NCBI GenBank assembly: GCA_046726415.1
Contig: JBKPAK010000127.1
Coordinates: 1 to 52,584 of the forward strand
DNA from: Candidatus Methylomirabilota bacterium
GTDB lineage: Bacteria; Methylomirabilota; Methylomirabilia; Rokubacteriales; CSP1-6
Reading direction: 5' to 3'
Length of the DNA: 52,584 nucleotides
The notes under the pieces are model-generated. The model was not told where the DNA came from. It was given only the letters and a program-made list of their open reading frames with translations, and did not search any database. Below are positions 28,537-37,949 of the stretch, piece by piece (the first letter of the stretch is position 1; every line of letters begins with the position of its first letter). The position numbers were made by a program, and so were the translations under genes.

Positions 28537-30068
28537 CGCGGACCATCGTCCGGCGCAGCTCCTATCACGACTCCGTCGCCCTCTTGCGTGCGTCGCGCGA
28601 GATGGAGGCCGTGCTCGGCGTCCACCGCGCCGCGGCCATCATGGGCACGCCGCAGAATCTGGCTCTCTTGCGCGAGGCCGGCCTGCTCAGCACCGAGGCG
28701 GAGAGCGCGGGTCCCACCGACCTCGTGATGGCCGTGCTCGCCGACGACGCCGCGGCAGCCGAAGCGGCGACGGCGGCGGCAGAGGCTGTCCTGGCTGGCC
28801 CCGTCCGAACGGCCGGGATGCTCGACACGCGACCTCGATCCCTGCCTACCGCGCTTCGGATGCTGCCCGGCGCCACCCTGGCCCTCATCTCCGTGCCCGG
28901 AACCCACGCGGGACGAGAAGCACGGAAGGCCCTCCAGGCCGGACTCCACGTCATGCTCTTCAGTGACAACGTTCCCGTGAACGTGGAGATCGCCCTCAAA
29001 CACCTGGCCCGGGACTGCGGGCTCTTTCTCATGGGACCGGACTGCGGCAGCGCCATCATCGACGGCGTGCCGCTCGGCTTCGCCAATGCCGTCCCGCGCG
29101 GACGCATCGGCATTGCCGCCGCCTCGGGCACGGGGCTCCAGGAGGTGACGTGTCTGATCGCGGCCGCGGGCGAGGGCATCTCACACGCGATTGGGGTGGG
29201 CGGGCGAGATCTCTCGCCCGCCGTGGGGGGCCTGATGATGGACGCGGCCCTGGAGGCGCTGGCCGAGGATCCGCGAACCGAAGTCATCTGCGTCGTGGGC
29301 AAACCCGCGGATCCATCGGTGGTTGCGCGGCTGGGTGCCCAGGCGACGCGAACCGGCAAGCCGTGTGCGGCCTATCTTTCCGGTGCCGCCGAAGCAAGCT
29401 CGCCCAGCCTCGGATGGCATTGCGCGGCCACCCTGGAGGATGCCGCTCAAGCCGCGGTCGCCCTCGCGCGCGGCGGACCCCCGGTCACCGTGGAGTTCGG
29501 CCAACCGACCGAGACGATCCGACGGCTCGCGGACGACGCGATCGCCAGGCTGGCCAAGGAGCAGCGCTTCGTCCGGGGCATCTATACCGGGGGTACGCTC
29601 GCCTGGGAAGCCTGCGGCATCCTCGCGTCCCGACTGAGGGACGTGACGCCGGATGTGGGGGGCGGAGGTCGTGGGCATCGCGTGGTCGACCTCGGCGAGG
29701 ACATGTTCACCGTCGGGCGGCCGCATCCCATGCTCGATGGAAGCGTGCGGCGGGAATGGATCGCGCGCGAGGGCCACGATGCCGCTACCGCCGTGTTGTT
29801 GCTCGACGTGGTGCTCGGCTACGGCGCCCACCGCGATCCTGTCGGCGAGATCCTGCCGGCCGTGCGCCGAGTCCGCGAGGAGCGCCGCGCGCGGGGCGAG
29901 GATCTCGTGGTGGTGGCGAGCGTATGCGGGACGGACGCCGATCCGCAGAACCGCACCGCGCAGGTCCTGGCTCTCGAGTCCAGTGGGGTCATCGTCATGC
30001 TCTCGAACGCCCGAGCCGCCCGCTTCGCCGCGCTCGTCGCCGCCCGGCTGGCTGAGCGCGGGCCCTGA
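28533..30068 (+). CDS. fdrA: FdrA (AllF) succinyl-CoA-ligase-like subunit of the oxamate carbamoyltransferase complex
   Basis: YHDSV; MGTPQN; ISVPG; FSDNV; MGPDCG; SGTGLQE; GGRDLS; GRPHPM; LDVVLGYG. Confidence 0.9.
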   Translation: MTRTIVRRSSYHDSVALLRASREMEAVLGVHRAAAIMGTPQNLALLREAGLLSTEAESAGPTDLVMAVLADDAAAAEAATAAAEAVLAGPVRTAGMLDTRPRSLPTALRMLPGATLALISVPGTHAGREARKALQAGLHVMLFSDNVPVNVEIALKHLARDCGLFLMGPDCGSAIIDGVPLGFANAVPRGRIGIAAASGTGLQEVTCLIAAAGEGISHAIGVGGRDLSPAVGGLMMDAALEALAEDPRTEVICVVGKPADPSVVARLGAQATRTGKPCAAYLSGAAEASSPSLGWHCAATLEDAAQAAVALARGGPPVTVEFGQPTETIRRLADDAIARLAKEQRFVRGIYTGGTLAWEACGILASRLRDVTPDVGGGGRGHRVVDLGEDMFTVGRPHPMLDGSVRREWIAREGHDAATAVLLLDVVLGYGAHRDPVGEILPAVRRVREERRARGEDLVVVASVCGTDADPQNRTAQVLALESSGVIVMLSNARAARFAALVAARLAERGP

Positions 30069-30156
30069 TGGCTCGCCGGCCCCGGTGCGAACGGCTGATC
30101 CCGGATGGTAGGGCCGGCCAATTTCGCGGATGACGATCGTCCGGCCGCCCCCGGTC

Positions 30157-31083
30157 CTAGCGCGAGATGGTGGGCATGACTTCTCGCGCGAACGTTTCGA
30201 GCATGCCGGTCGCGGGGAAGTCGGAGAATCCCAGCATGAGATCGGTGACCCCGGCCGCGGCATAGTCGGCGATCCGCGCCGCCACCGCGCCCGGATCGCC
30301 GGCAAGCACCGTCTCGAGCAGAGGATGCTCCTGCTCCAGGTGGCGTCGGCGGCAGAACTGCCCCAACGCGTCGGCGAGTTGAGCGGGCGATGCCAGCACG
30401 ACGTCCAGTTCGACGGAGCGACGAAAGCCCTCGGCCCGGCGGCCCATGTGCAGCAATGCATTGCGCACGATCATCCAGCGCGCGGCAAAGGCCGACGGCG
30501 TGAGATATGACGCCTCCCAGCCATCGGCGCTGCGCGCGGCGGCGGCCAGCGCTTTCGGACCCATGGCGGCGATCCACACGGGCGGTCCGGGCGTCTGGAC
30601 GGGCGTAGGGACGAGGGTGGCGCCGGCCAGCTGCCAGTGTCGTCCGGTGTAGTCGACGCGCTCACCCGTCCAGAGGGCCCGCGCGACGGCAACGGCCTCC
30701 TCCAGCATGGCCACCCGCGCGCGGCCAGGTGGATAACTGATGCCGTGGCTCGTCCATCCGCGGGCGGTCTCGGCGTCTTCCGCGCCGATGCCCAACCGCA
30801 ACTCGGCCCGCCCGCCCGAGAAATGGTCGAGCGTCGCCGCGCGCTTCGCGAGCCAGGAGGGATGGTGCGCCGCCGGATCGAAGGCGTACGTCACGGCCGG
30901 CCCTAGTCGCGCGCGCCGGGTGAGGGCGGCGAGCGCGCCCAAGGTGGTCCAGCCATCGAGCGTCCAGGCGCCGAGACCGTCGCCATACGCGATGCGCGCG
31001 AAACCGAGATCATCGGCGAGCGTCCAGTACCGGCGCAGCGCAGCCGTGTCGGTCCCCCATGTTTGCACACCGATGTCGACCAC
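30157..31083 (-). CDS. LLM-class (luciferase-like) flavin/F420-dependent oxidoreductase
   Basis: LAKRAATLDHFSGGRAELRLGIG; PVQTPGPPVWIA; ADGW. Confidence 0.85.
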   Translation of the reverse strand: MVDIGVQTWGTDTAALRRYWTLADDLGFARIAYGDGLGAWTLDGWTTLGALAALTRRARLGPAVTYAFDPAAHHPSWLAKRAATLDHFSGGRAELRLGIGAEDAETARGWTSHGISYPPGRARVAMLEEAVAVARALWTGERVDYTGRHWQLAGATLVPTPVQTPGPPVWIAAMGPKALAAAARSADGWEASYLTPSAFAARWMIVRNALLHMGRRAEGFRRSVELDVVLASPAQLADALGQFCRRRHLEQEHPLLETVLAGDPGAVAARIADYAAAGVTDLMLGFSDFPATGMLETFAREVMPTISR

Positions 31084-31086
31084 GGC

Positions 31087-32235
31087 CTACCTCAGGGCCC
31101 GGAAGAAGGCGCGGACGTCGGCCGCGAGCGCGTCCGGCTCTTCCAGCGCGGCGAAGTGGCCGCCGGTCTTCATCTCGGTCCAGCGCCGGATGTCGTAGAC
31201 GCGCTCGGCCCACGCGCGCGGCGGACTGAGAATCTCGCGGGGGAAGGCGGCGTAGCCGGTGGGCACGGCGATGCGGTGCCCGTCAGGGATAGGCCAGCTC
31301 TCGTGGTACCGCGCGTAGTAGGGCCAGAAGGACGAATTGATGGCGCCCGTGACCCAGTAGAGCATGACGTTGGTCAGCAGCGTATCCTTGGAGAAGCGGC
31401 GCTCGACGTCACCGCCGCAGTCGCTCCATGTCCGGAATTTCTCGACGATCCACGCGGCCAGCCCCGCCGGTGAATCGGTGAGCCCGTAGGCCAAGGTCTG
31501 CGGCTTGGTGCCCTGGATCCACTGATAGCCCGTCTCCTCGCGAAGCCAGTGCTGGAGCTGCGCGAGATAGGCCTTCTCCTCGGCGGTCGGCTCTGCCGGC
31601 GCGGTGACGTCGCGCCGCACGGCGAGCAAGTTGACGTGGATCCCGACGAGACGCTCGGGACAGGCCACGCCGAGGCGCGACGTGATGAAGGCGCCCCAGT
31701 CGCCTCCCTGGGCGGCGAAGCGAGCGTAACCGAGCACGTCAGTCATCAGGGTCGCGAAAAGGTCGGCGATCTGCTCCACCCCAAAGCGGGGTTGATTCGG
31801 CTGGAACGAGAACGCGTAGCCGGGCAGCGACGGCGCCACCACGGTGAAGGCGTCGGCGGAATCGCCGCCGAAGCGTCCAGGATTGGTCAGGCGGGGAATG
31901 AGGGCCTCGAATTCCACGATGGAGCCGGGCCAGCCGTGGGAGAGCAGGAGCGGCAGGGGATTCGGTCCAACCCCGGGCTCGTGGATGAAGTGCAGCTCGA
32001 TGCCGCCGAGGGACACAGTGTACTGGCGCAGCCGATTGAGCCGGGCCTCATGCGTTCGCCAGTCATAGCGCTCGCGCCAGAACGCGATCAGCTCCTTCAT
32101 GTAGGCCAGGTCGCTTCCATAACGCCAGGTGGCACCGGGAATCTCGTCGGGCCACCGCACGCGCTCGAGACGGGTTCGCAGATCGAGCAGGACCTCGTCG
32201 GACACGTGGATGGTGAACGGTCGTGGGGTCGTCAT
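31087..32235 (-). CDS. Epoxide hydrolase (EHN plus alpha/beta hydrolase)
   Basis: HGWP oxyanion motif; QGGDWG nucleophile; PQTLAYGLTDSPAG; GGHFAALE; GGGAGG SD. Confidence 0.92.
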   Translation of the reverse strand: MTTPRPFTIHVSDEVLLDLRTRLERVRWPDEIPGATWRYGSDLAYMKELIAFWRERYDWRTHEARLNRLRQYTVSLGGIELHFIHEPGVGPNPLPLLLSHGWPGSIVEFEALIPRLTNPGRFGGDSADAFTVVAPSLPGYAFSFQPNQPRFGVEQIADLFATLMTDVLGYARFAAQGGDWGAFITSRLGVACPERLVGIHVNLLAVRRDVTAPAEPTAEEKAYLAQLQHWLREETGYQWIQGTKPQTLAYGLTDSPAGLAAWIVEKFRTWSDCGGDVERRFSKDTLLTNVMLYWVTGAINSSFWPYYARYHESWPIPDGHRIAVPTGYAAFPREILSPPRAWAERVYDIRRWTEMKTGGHFAALEEPDALAADVRAFFRALR

Positions 32236-32260
32236 GCCGGCTACCTCCCATCGGGCATGA

Positions 32261-33106
32261 TCATTGGGCGAGTTCGACCTCGTCGAGGAATTGCTCCAGC
32301 AGGTTGCCGGCCACGGTGCGGCGATAGCGCGCGGTGGAGCGGATGTCGTCGATGGGGGCGACCTCGTCTTCGAGGATCTCGCGCGCCGCCCGGCGATCGA
32401 TGTCGCCACACCGGCGAGATCCTAAGTACTCCGCGGTGCGGCGCGCTTCCAGGGGCGTCGGCGCCACGCTTCCCAGCGCGATGCGCACGGCCTCGAGTCG
32501 ATCGCCCCGCCCGCGCGCCACGCCGGCGAAGCAGACCTTGCTGATCGCTTGTGCCCGACGGGTCCCCACTTTGCGATAGAAGCCGGGCCCACCGTACTCG
32601 CGCGGAAGGTAGATGCGCGTGATCAGCTCGTCCGCGGCCCGCTGGGTGACCTTGTATCTCAGGTGGAATTCCGCATAGGGCAACCACCGGGATCCCCGCG
32701 TACTGGTCAGTTCGATCCGGGCGCGGTAGACGAGCAGCACCGGCGGCGTGTCGGCGGCGGGCGACGCATTGGCGATGTTCCCGCCCACCGTCCCGCGGTT
32801 CTGCACTGCCCAGGCGCCGCTCACTCGCGCGGCCTGGACCAAGAGGGGATAGCGCTCCTGCACCAGCCGAGAGGCGGCCAGCTCGGTGTAGGTCGTCAGC
32901 GCCCCAAGACTCACACCGTCAGGGGACTCGTCGATGCCTCGCAGCTCGGGCAATGCTCGGATGTCGACGAAGACGCCATCTTCCAGGGAGCCGAGCCGAC
33001 GCAGAACCATCAGATCCGTTCCCCCGGCGAACGGAATGGCCGTTGGCTCGGTGGCCAGGATGGCGAGGGCTTCCTCCAGCCGCTGCGGCGAGCGCCAGGG
33101 GATCAC
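32261..33106 (-). CDS. Xanthine dehydrogenase family FAD-binding subunit
   Basis: AGGTDL; NRGTVGGNIANASPAADT; PIDDIRSTARYR. Confidence 0.9.
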   Translation of the reverse strand: MIPWRSPQRLEEALAILATEPTAIPFAGGTDLMVLRRLGSLEDGVFVDIRALPELRGIDESPDGVSLGALTTYTELAASRLVQERYPLLVQAARVSGAWAVQNRGTVGGNIANASPAADTPPVLLVYRARIELTSTRGSRWLPYAEFHLRYKVTQRAADELITRIYLPREYGGPGFYRKVGTRRAQAISKVCFAGVARGRGDRLEAVRIALGSVAPTPLEARRTAEYLGSRRCGDIDRRAAREILEDEVAPIDDIRSTARYRRTVAGNLLEQFLDEVELAQ

Positions 33107-33166
33107 GTGACGTTGAGGGGCGCGAACGCGCCTCTTCCCCGCCCAGTCAACCCTTCCGCGGCGACT

Positions 33167-33658
33167 TCAGCGCTGCCCACCGCTGACCTCGACCTCGGAG
33201 GCGCCCGCTGAATTCAGGACGGCGCGATAGATGGCCCCGTATCCGGTACAGCGGCACAGGTTGCCGGCCAGCGCCTCGCGCACCTCGTCGAGCGTCGGAT
33301 GGGGGCGGGCAGCGAGCAATGCGTGGGCCGCCAGCACGATTCCCGGCGTGCAGATCCCGCACTGGGCGGCGCCCGCCGCGATCATGGCCTCCTGGATGGG
33401 GCTGAGGCGCGCGCCTTCCGCGTCCTCCAGGCCCTCTACAGTCAGGACGGTCGCCCCGTGCATCTGGCCCATGGGGACGAGGCAACCCAGCGCGAGGGCA
33501 TCATCGACGATGACCGAGCATGATCCGCACTCGCCCTCCCCGCAGCCTTCCTTGGCCCCGGTCAGTCCGCGCTCCTCGCGCAGAAAGTCGAGAAGGCGGA
33601 GGAGCGGATCGACGTCCGCGCTGACGCGCTGACCATTGATGGTCAGGTCGATCCTCAT
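33167..33658 (-). CDS. Xanthine dehydrogenase family 2Fe-2S subunit
   Basis: GAKEGCGEGECGSC; QCGICTPG; GNLCRCTGY. Confidence 0.93.
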   Translation of the reverse strand: MRIDLTINGQRVSADVDPLLRLLDFLREERGLTGAKEGCGEGECGSCSVIVDDALALGCLVPMGQMHGATVLTVEGLEDAEGARLSPIQEAMIAAGAAQCGICTPGIVLAAHALLAARPHPTLDEVREALAGNLCRCTGYGAIYRAVLNSAGASEVEVSGGQR

Positions 33659-35856
33659 TTTTCGACGTCGGGGGCGCGCCGCCCCGCTTCGAGGACGATC
33701 TCCGGCAGGGCTGGGATGGCCGCGATCTCGGCACCGAGCGCCATGTTGATCGCATTGACGATGGCCGGCGCCGTTCCGTCGAGGGGCAACTCGCCGATCC
33801 CCTTGGCGCCGAACGGCCCGCTGGCCAGGGGCACCTCCAGGAAACCGACGTGGATGGGCGGCATGTCCGCGCTCGTCGGGATGATGTAGTTCGTGAGCCG
33901 GGCGTTGGCCATGACGCCTTCGCTCCAGACGACGTGTTCAGAGAGCGCCAGACCAATGCCCTGTGCCACCCCACCCTCGATCTGCCCCCGCGCCAGGACA
34001 GGATGGATCACCCGTCCGACCTCCTGCACGGCGTAGAAGTCAGTGACCTCGGTTTCACCGGTGCGCGTATCCACCGCGACTTCCGCGATATAACAGGCCC
34101 ACGCGTAGCCCGCGTAGGCGTCGCCCACAAAGTTCTTGTCGTCCCAGCTCTGGCCGGCTGGTGGTTGATAGTCAGCCATCGCCACGAGCGGTCCGTGCTC
34201 GGACACGTAGCGGCACGCCCCGGCGCGGAACTCGGCGACCGAGTGCGGACTGGGCAACCCGATACGCGCGCGCAGGATCTCTAGCATGTCGCGCGCCGCG
34301 CGTGCCAGCAGCCCTCCGACCACCATGGCTGTGCGGGAGGCCACGGTGGGCCCGCTATCGGGAACGAGGGTCGTGTCCGGTTGAGCCGTGACGACCATGT
34401 CGTACGGCACGCCGAGAACCTCGCTGACGATTTGCGGATGTGTGGTGGACGCCCCCTGGCCGATCTCGGTACTGGAGGCGAGGATTTCCACCGTCCCGTC
34501 CGAGCGCAGCCGCAGTCCGGCCCGGGAAGCGAGCGTGGTCTCGCCGCTCCCCGTGAAGCCAGCCCCGTGCATGAACGCGGCGAGGCCGATCCCGCGCTTG
34601 AGGTAGCGTGACCGTCTATTGGCGGCGACGCAGGCTACCCGCTTGGCCGTGAAGTCGCTCTGGGCCAACGCCGTATCGAGCACGAGGACGACGTCGACCC
34701 CGGCGTCCACCGGCTGGCCGGTGGCCATGGCATCATCCGGGCCCAGGAGGTTGCGCCGTCTCAGCTCGACCGGATCGAGACCGAGCGCCCTCGCTACGCG
34801 GTCGAGGTGCGTCTCTATGGCGAAGATGCTCTGCGGCGCGCCGAAGCCACGGAACGCCCCATGCGGAGGATAGTTGGTGGCCATGACCCGCCCGGTGATC
34901 CGAACATGCGGCCACCGGTAGGGACCGGGCGCATGGATCAGCGCGCGCGAGAGTACCACCGGGCTGAGGGTGAGATACGCCCCTCCGTCGAGGAGCAGCT
35001 CCGTCTCTAGCGCGATGAGCCGGCCGTCCCGGCTCACGCCCGTCCGGTGCCGGATCCGGGAGGGATGGCGCTTGGTAGTCGCCATCATGTCCTCCATCCG
35101 GTCGTAGATGAGCTTGACGGCACCGCCAGCCTTCTGAGCGAGCAGCGCCGCGTGGCCGGCGATAATCGAGGGATACTCCTCCTTGCCGCCGAAGCCACCG
35201 CCGGTCGTGGTCTGGACGACTTGGACGCGTTCGGGCGGGACGCCCAGCAAGAGAGCCACCGCCGGCTGCACGTAGTAGGGACACTGCAGTGAGCCACGGA
35301 CACAGATGCCGCCGTCAGGACGCGGCTCAGCCAGCATACCCTGGGGCTCGATGTAGACGTGTTCCTGGGCTCCCGTCTCGTAGACGCCCTCGACGACGAA
35401 GTCGGCCTCGGCGAAGCCCGTCTCTACATTGCCCTTCTCGAGGGTCCGCGCGAGGAACTCGGTGCGCGACTGATCAAGGGATAGCACGGGCTCTTCAGGG
35501 GAGATGACCAGCCGGACTCCGCGCACCGCGCGCGCCAGCAGGTGGCGGTCCTCGTGGGCCAGGAGGACGACCGGCTCTTCGCGATGGCGGATCTCTTGTT
35601 CGGCCAGGAACGGCTGCTCGAGGTCGATGAGCTTGACCCGGTTCGTGCCGGGCACGTCTCGCGCGGTCACGACCACGATCTCGTCCCACGGTAGATCAGG
35701 ATCGAACTCGATCCGCTCCAGCCGGCCACGGGCAACGGCCGATCGGACGGTGCGTCCGTGCCGCAGGCCGGGGGGTTGGAGATCGTCGACGTAACGGGCG
35801 AGGCCCCTGACCTTGTCGCGGCCATCCTTGCGGGCAACGCTCGTTCCAACGGCCAT
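33655..35856 (-). CDS. Xanthine dehydrogenase family molybdopterin-binding subunit (PucD-like)
   Basis: GGGFGGKE; AFRGFG; GQG; ASRT; GQIEGG; KGIGE. ATG 35856 lies 6 nt below TACCTT. Confidence 0.92.
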   Translation of the reverse strand: MAVGTSVARKDGRDKVRGLARYVDDLQPPGLRHGRTVRSAVARGRLERIEFDPDLPWDEIVVVTARDVPGTNRVKLIDLEQPFLAEQEIRHREEPVVLLAHEDRHLLARAVRGVRLVISPEEPVLSLDQSRTEFLARTLEKGNVETGFAEADFVVEGVYETGAQEHVYIEPQGMLAEPRPDGGICVRGSLQCPYYVQPAVALLLGVPPERVQVVQTTTGGGFGGKEEYPSIIAGHAALLAQKAGGAVKLIYDRMEDMMATTKRHPSRIRHRTGVSRDGRLIALETELLLDGGAYLTLSPVVLSRALIHAPGPYRWPHVRITGRVMATNYPPHGAFRGFGAPQSIFAIETHLDRVARALGLDPVELRRRNLLGPDDAMATGQPVDAGVDVVLVLDTALAQSDFTAKRVACVAANRRSRYLKRGIGLAAFMHGAGFTGSGETTLASRAGLRLRSDGTVEILASSTEIGQGASTTHPQIVSEVLGVPYDMVVTAQPDTTLVPDSGPTVASRTAMVVGGLLARAARDMLEILRARIGLPSPHSVAEFRAGACRYVSEHGPLVAMADYQPPAGQSWDDKNFVGDAYAGYAWACYIAEVAVDTRTGETEVTDFYAVQEVGRVIHPVLARGQIEGGVAQGIGLALSEHVVWSEGVMANARLTNYIIPTSADMPPIHVGFLEVPLASGPFGAKGIGELPLDGTAPAIVNAINMALGAEIAAIPALPEIVLEAGRRAPDVEK

Positions 35857-35920
35857 CGGATCAAGGTACAGGGCAGGGGCACGAGGCTCAAGAAGCACTC
35901 TCGAGGTGCGAAGGTGGCAG

Positions 35921-35949
35921 TTGACCTGCCCGTCATCTGCCCATAACGT
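35921..35949 (+). promoter_or_regulatory. sigma70 promoter TTGACC-17-TAACGT for the ABC/puuD operon
   Basis: Canonical spacing; predicts a leader of about 145 nt before ATG 36102. Confidence 0.6.
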
Positions 35950-36101
35950 AGGCTCGCCCACACGCGCTGTGCTCGGTGTTTGGGCGTGGCGGCGGCGCCC
36001 AAGCCCCCTAGCCCGCGAAAGAGCTCGCGTGAGGCAGGCACGGCCCTTGCGTGTCGGAGCGCTGCTCGACGTCCGCTCCGCTGTGTCAAGGAGAATTAGG
36101 C

Positions 36102-37130
36102 ATGAAGCTGAACATCCTGCTCACTCGTGCCGCGACCGCGGCCATCTTGGCGGTGCTCGCCGCCGCCACTCCGGCCGCCGCCCAGACGAAGGTGAGGTTC
36201 GTGCTGGACTGGCAGATCCAGGGACCGCAGGCTCCCTTCATCGCTGCCAAGACGTTAGGGGGGTTCGGCGGGGCCGGACTCGACGTCAGCATCGATCGCG
36301 GCACCGGATCGCAGAAGACCATCGAGCAGGTAGCCACCGGCACCTACGACATCGGCTACGGCGACATCAACTCGATGATCGAGTACAACGTGAAAAACCC
36401 GGGCAACCCGCTGGTGGCCGTCTACATGGTCCTGAACACGCCGCCGTTCTCGCTGCTCTCCCTGAAGAAATACGGGGTGAAGCAGCCTAAGGACCTCAAG
36501 GGGCTGAGCATCGGAGCCCCGGCAGGAGACGCGCCCCGCCGGCTCTGGCCACTCTTTGCCCGGAACGTCGGGCTCGCTGCGGACAGCGTGACATGGACCA
36601 ACATGGCCCCTCCCCTGCGCGAGCCCGCCCTCGTCAAGGGTGACGTCAAGGCTATCTCCGGTTTCTACTTCACCGGCTTCCTCAATCTCACCGAGAACCT
36701 CAAGGTGCCCGCGGACGATGTGGTGGCCTTCCGGTACAGCAACTACGGCATCGACCTCTACGGCAACGCGGTGATCGTCCGCGTCGACTGGGTGAGGGCC
36801 AACGCGGAAACTCTCCGGAAGTTCGTGGCCGCCGTCAACACGGGCATGAAGTTCACCTTGAAGGACCCCCAGGCGGCCATCGGTTTCATCAAGGGTGTGG
36901 AGCCCTTGGTGAACGAGGCCACGGAGCTGAAGCGGCTGCAGCTCGCCATTTCATCCAACATGGTGAACGACGAGGTCAAGCGCGATGGCCTGGGTGGCAT
37001 CGATCCCAAGCGCATGCAGCGCGCCATCGACCAGGTCGTGCTGTCGTTCGAATTGCCCTCCAAGCCCTCGGTGGCCCAGGTCTTCAACGGCGAGTTCCTG
37101 CCGTCCGCCGCGGTGCGGAAGCTCCAGTAG
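36102..37130 (+). CDS. ABC substrate-binding protein, NMT1/THI5 family
   Basis: Signal peptide ending AAA; LDW...GP.AP; RGTGS; YGN; AAGGAG SD. Confidence 0.88.
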   Translation: MKLNILLTRAATAAILAVLAAATPAAAQTKVRFVLDWQIQGPQAPFIAAKTLGGFGGAGLDVSIDRGTGSQKTIEQVATGTYDIGYGDINSMIEYNVKNPGNPLVAVYMVLNTPPFSLLSLKKYGVKQPKDLKGLSIGAPAGDAPRRLWPLFARNVGLAADSVTWTNMAPPLREPALVKGDVKAISGFYFTGFLNLTENLKVPADDVVAFRYSNYGIDLYGNAVIVRVDWVRANAETLRKFVAAVNTGMKFTLKDPQAAIGFIKGVEPLVNEATELKRLQLAISSNMVNDEVKRDGLGGIDPKRMQRAIDQVVLSFELPSKPSVAQVFNGEFLPSAAVRKLQ

Positions 37131-37157
37131 CGCGGATCCCCGAGTGCTCGCGGCGAC

Positions 37158-37934
37158 ATGATCGAGCTGGACGGAGTCGCGCTCGACTATGCCGTTCGCG
37201 GGCGTTTCACGCACGCCCTTCAGGACATCACCTTGACGGTGGCCCGCGGCGCCTCGGTGGCGTTCGTGGGACCCAGCGGCTGCGGCAAGTCGACCCTGCT
37301 CAAGCTGATCTCCGGGCTCCTGCCGGCCACCCGCGGCACGGTACGGGTGGCCGGCCGTACCGTCGACGCTCCGCTCAAGAACGTGGGCATGGCCTTCCAG
37401 AACCCGGTCCTCCTGCCCTGGCGCCGGGTGCTCGACAATGTGATGCTGCCCCTGGAGATCCTAAAAGAGAATCGCGAGAGGCTGGCGACCGACCGCGCGG
37501 CCTGGGAGGCGAAGGCCCGCGATCTCCTGCGCACCGTCGGGCTCGACAACGTCGATGACCAGCAACCCCGCGAGTTGTCCGGCGGCATGCGGCAGCGCGT
37601 GAGCCTCTGTCGGGCGCTGATCCACGAGCCGGAGTTTCTGCTGCTCGACGAGCCTTTCGCCGCCCTCGATGCCTTCACGCGCGAGGAGATGTGGGAGCTC
37701 CACCAGACCTTGCGCCAGGGGCGGCAGTTCACCAGTGTGCTGGTGACCCACGACCTCCGCGAGGCCGTGTTCCTGAGCGAGGTCGTGTACGTCCTCTCCA
37801 CCAACCCGGGACGCGTCGCCCACGTGCACGCGGTCGACCTGCCCATTCCGCGGACCTTGACGGACTGTTACGGCCCCATGGGCACGGCCCTCATCGCGAC
37901 CATGCGCGAGCAGATCCGGAGCGCTCGTGGGTGA
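37158..37934 (+). CDS. ABC ATP-binding protein (TauB/SsuB-like)
   Basis: GPSGCGKST; LSGGMRQR; LLLDEPFAALD; VTHD. Confidence 0.93.
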   Translation: MIELDGVALDYAVRGRFTHALQDITLTVARGASVAFVGPSGCGKSTLLKLISGLLPATRGTVRVAGRTVDAPLKNVGMAFQNPVLLPWRRVLDNVMLPLEILKENRERLATDRAAWEAKARDLLRTVGLDNVDDQQPRELSGGMRQRVSLCRALIHEPEFLLLDEPFAALDAFTREEMWELHQTLRQGRQFTSVLVTHDLREAVFLSEVVYVLSTNPGRVAHVHAVDLPIPRTLTDCYGPMGTALIATMREQIRSARG

Positions 37935-37949
37935 CGGCAGGCCACGGCC

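Noticed and set aside
30087-30108. Similarity to 41355-41373 (GCGAAC.GCTGA.CCCGG) as island boundary repeats
   Set aside because: Short and gapped; plausible by chance at this GC content, and no integrase is present.
33655-35856. Aerobic CO dehydrogenase (CoxL)
   Set aside because: Active-site loop is AFRGFG, not AYXCSFR or AYXGAGR.
35890-35920. AGCACTC half-site resembling CIRCE
   Set aside because: No GAGTGCTAA half at 9-nt spacing, and the context is wrong.
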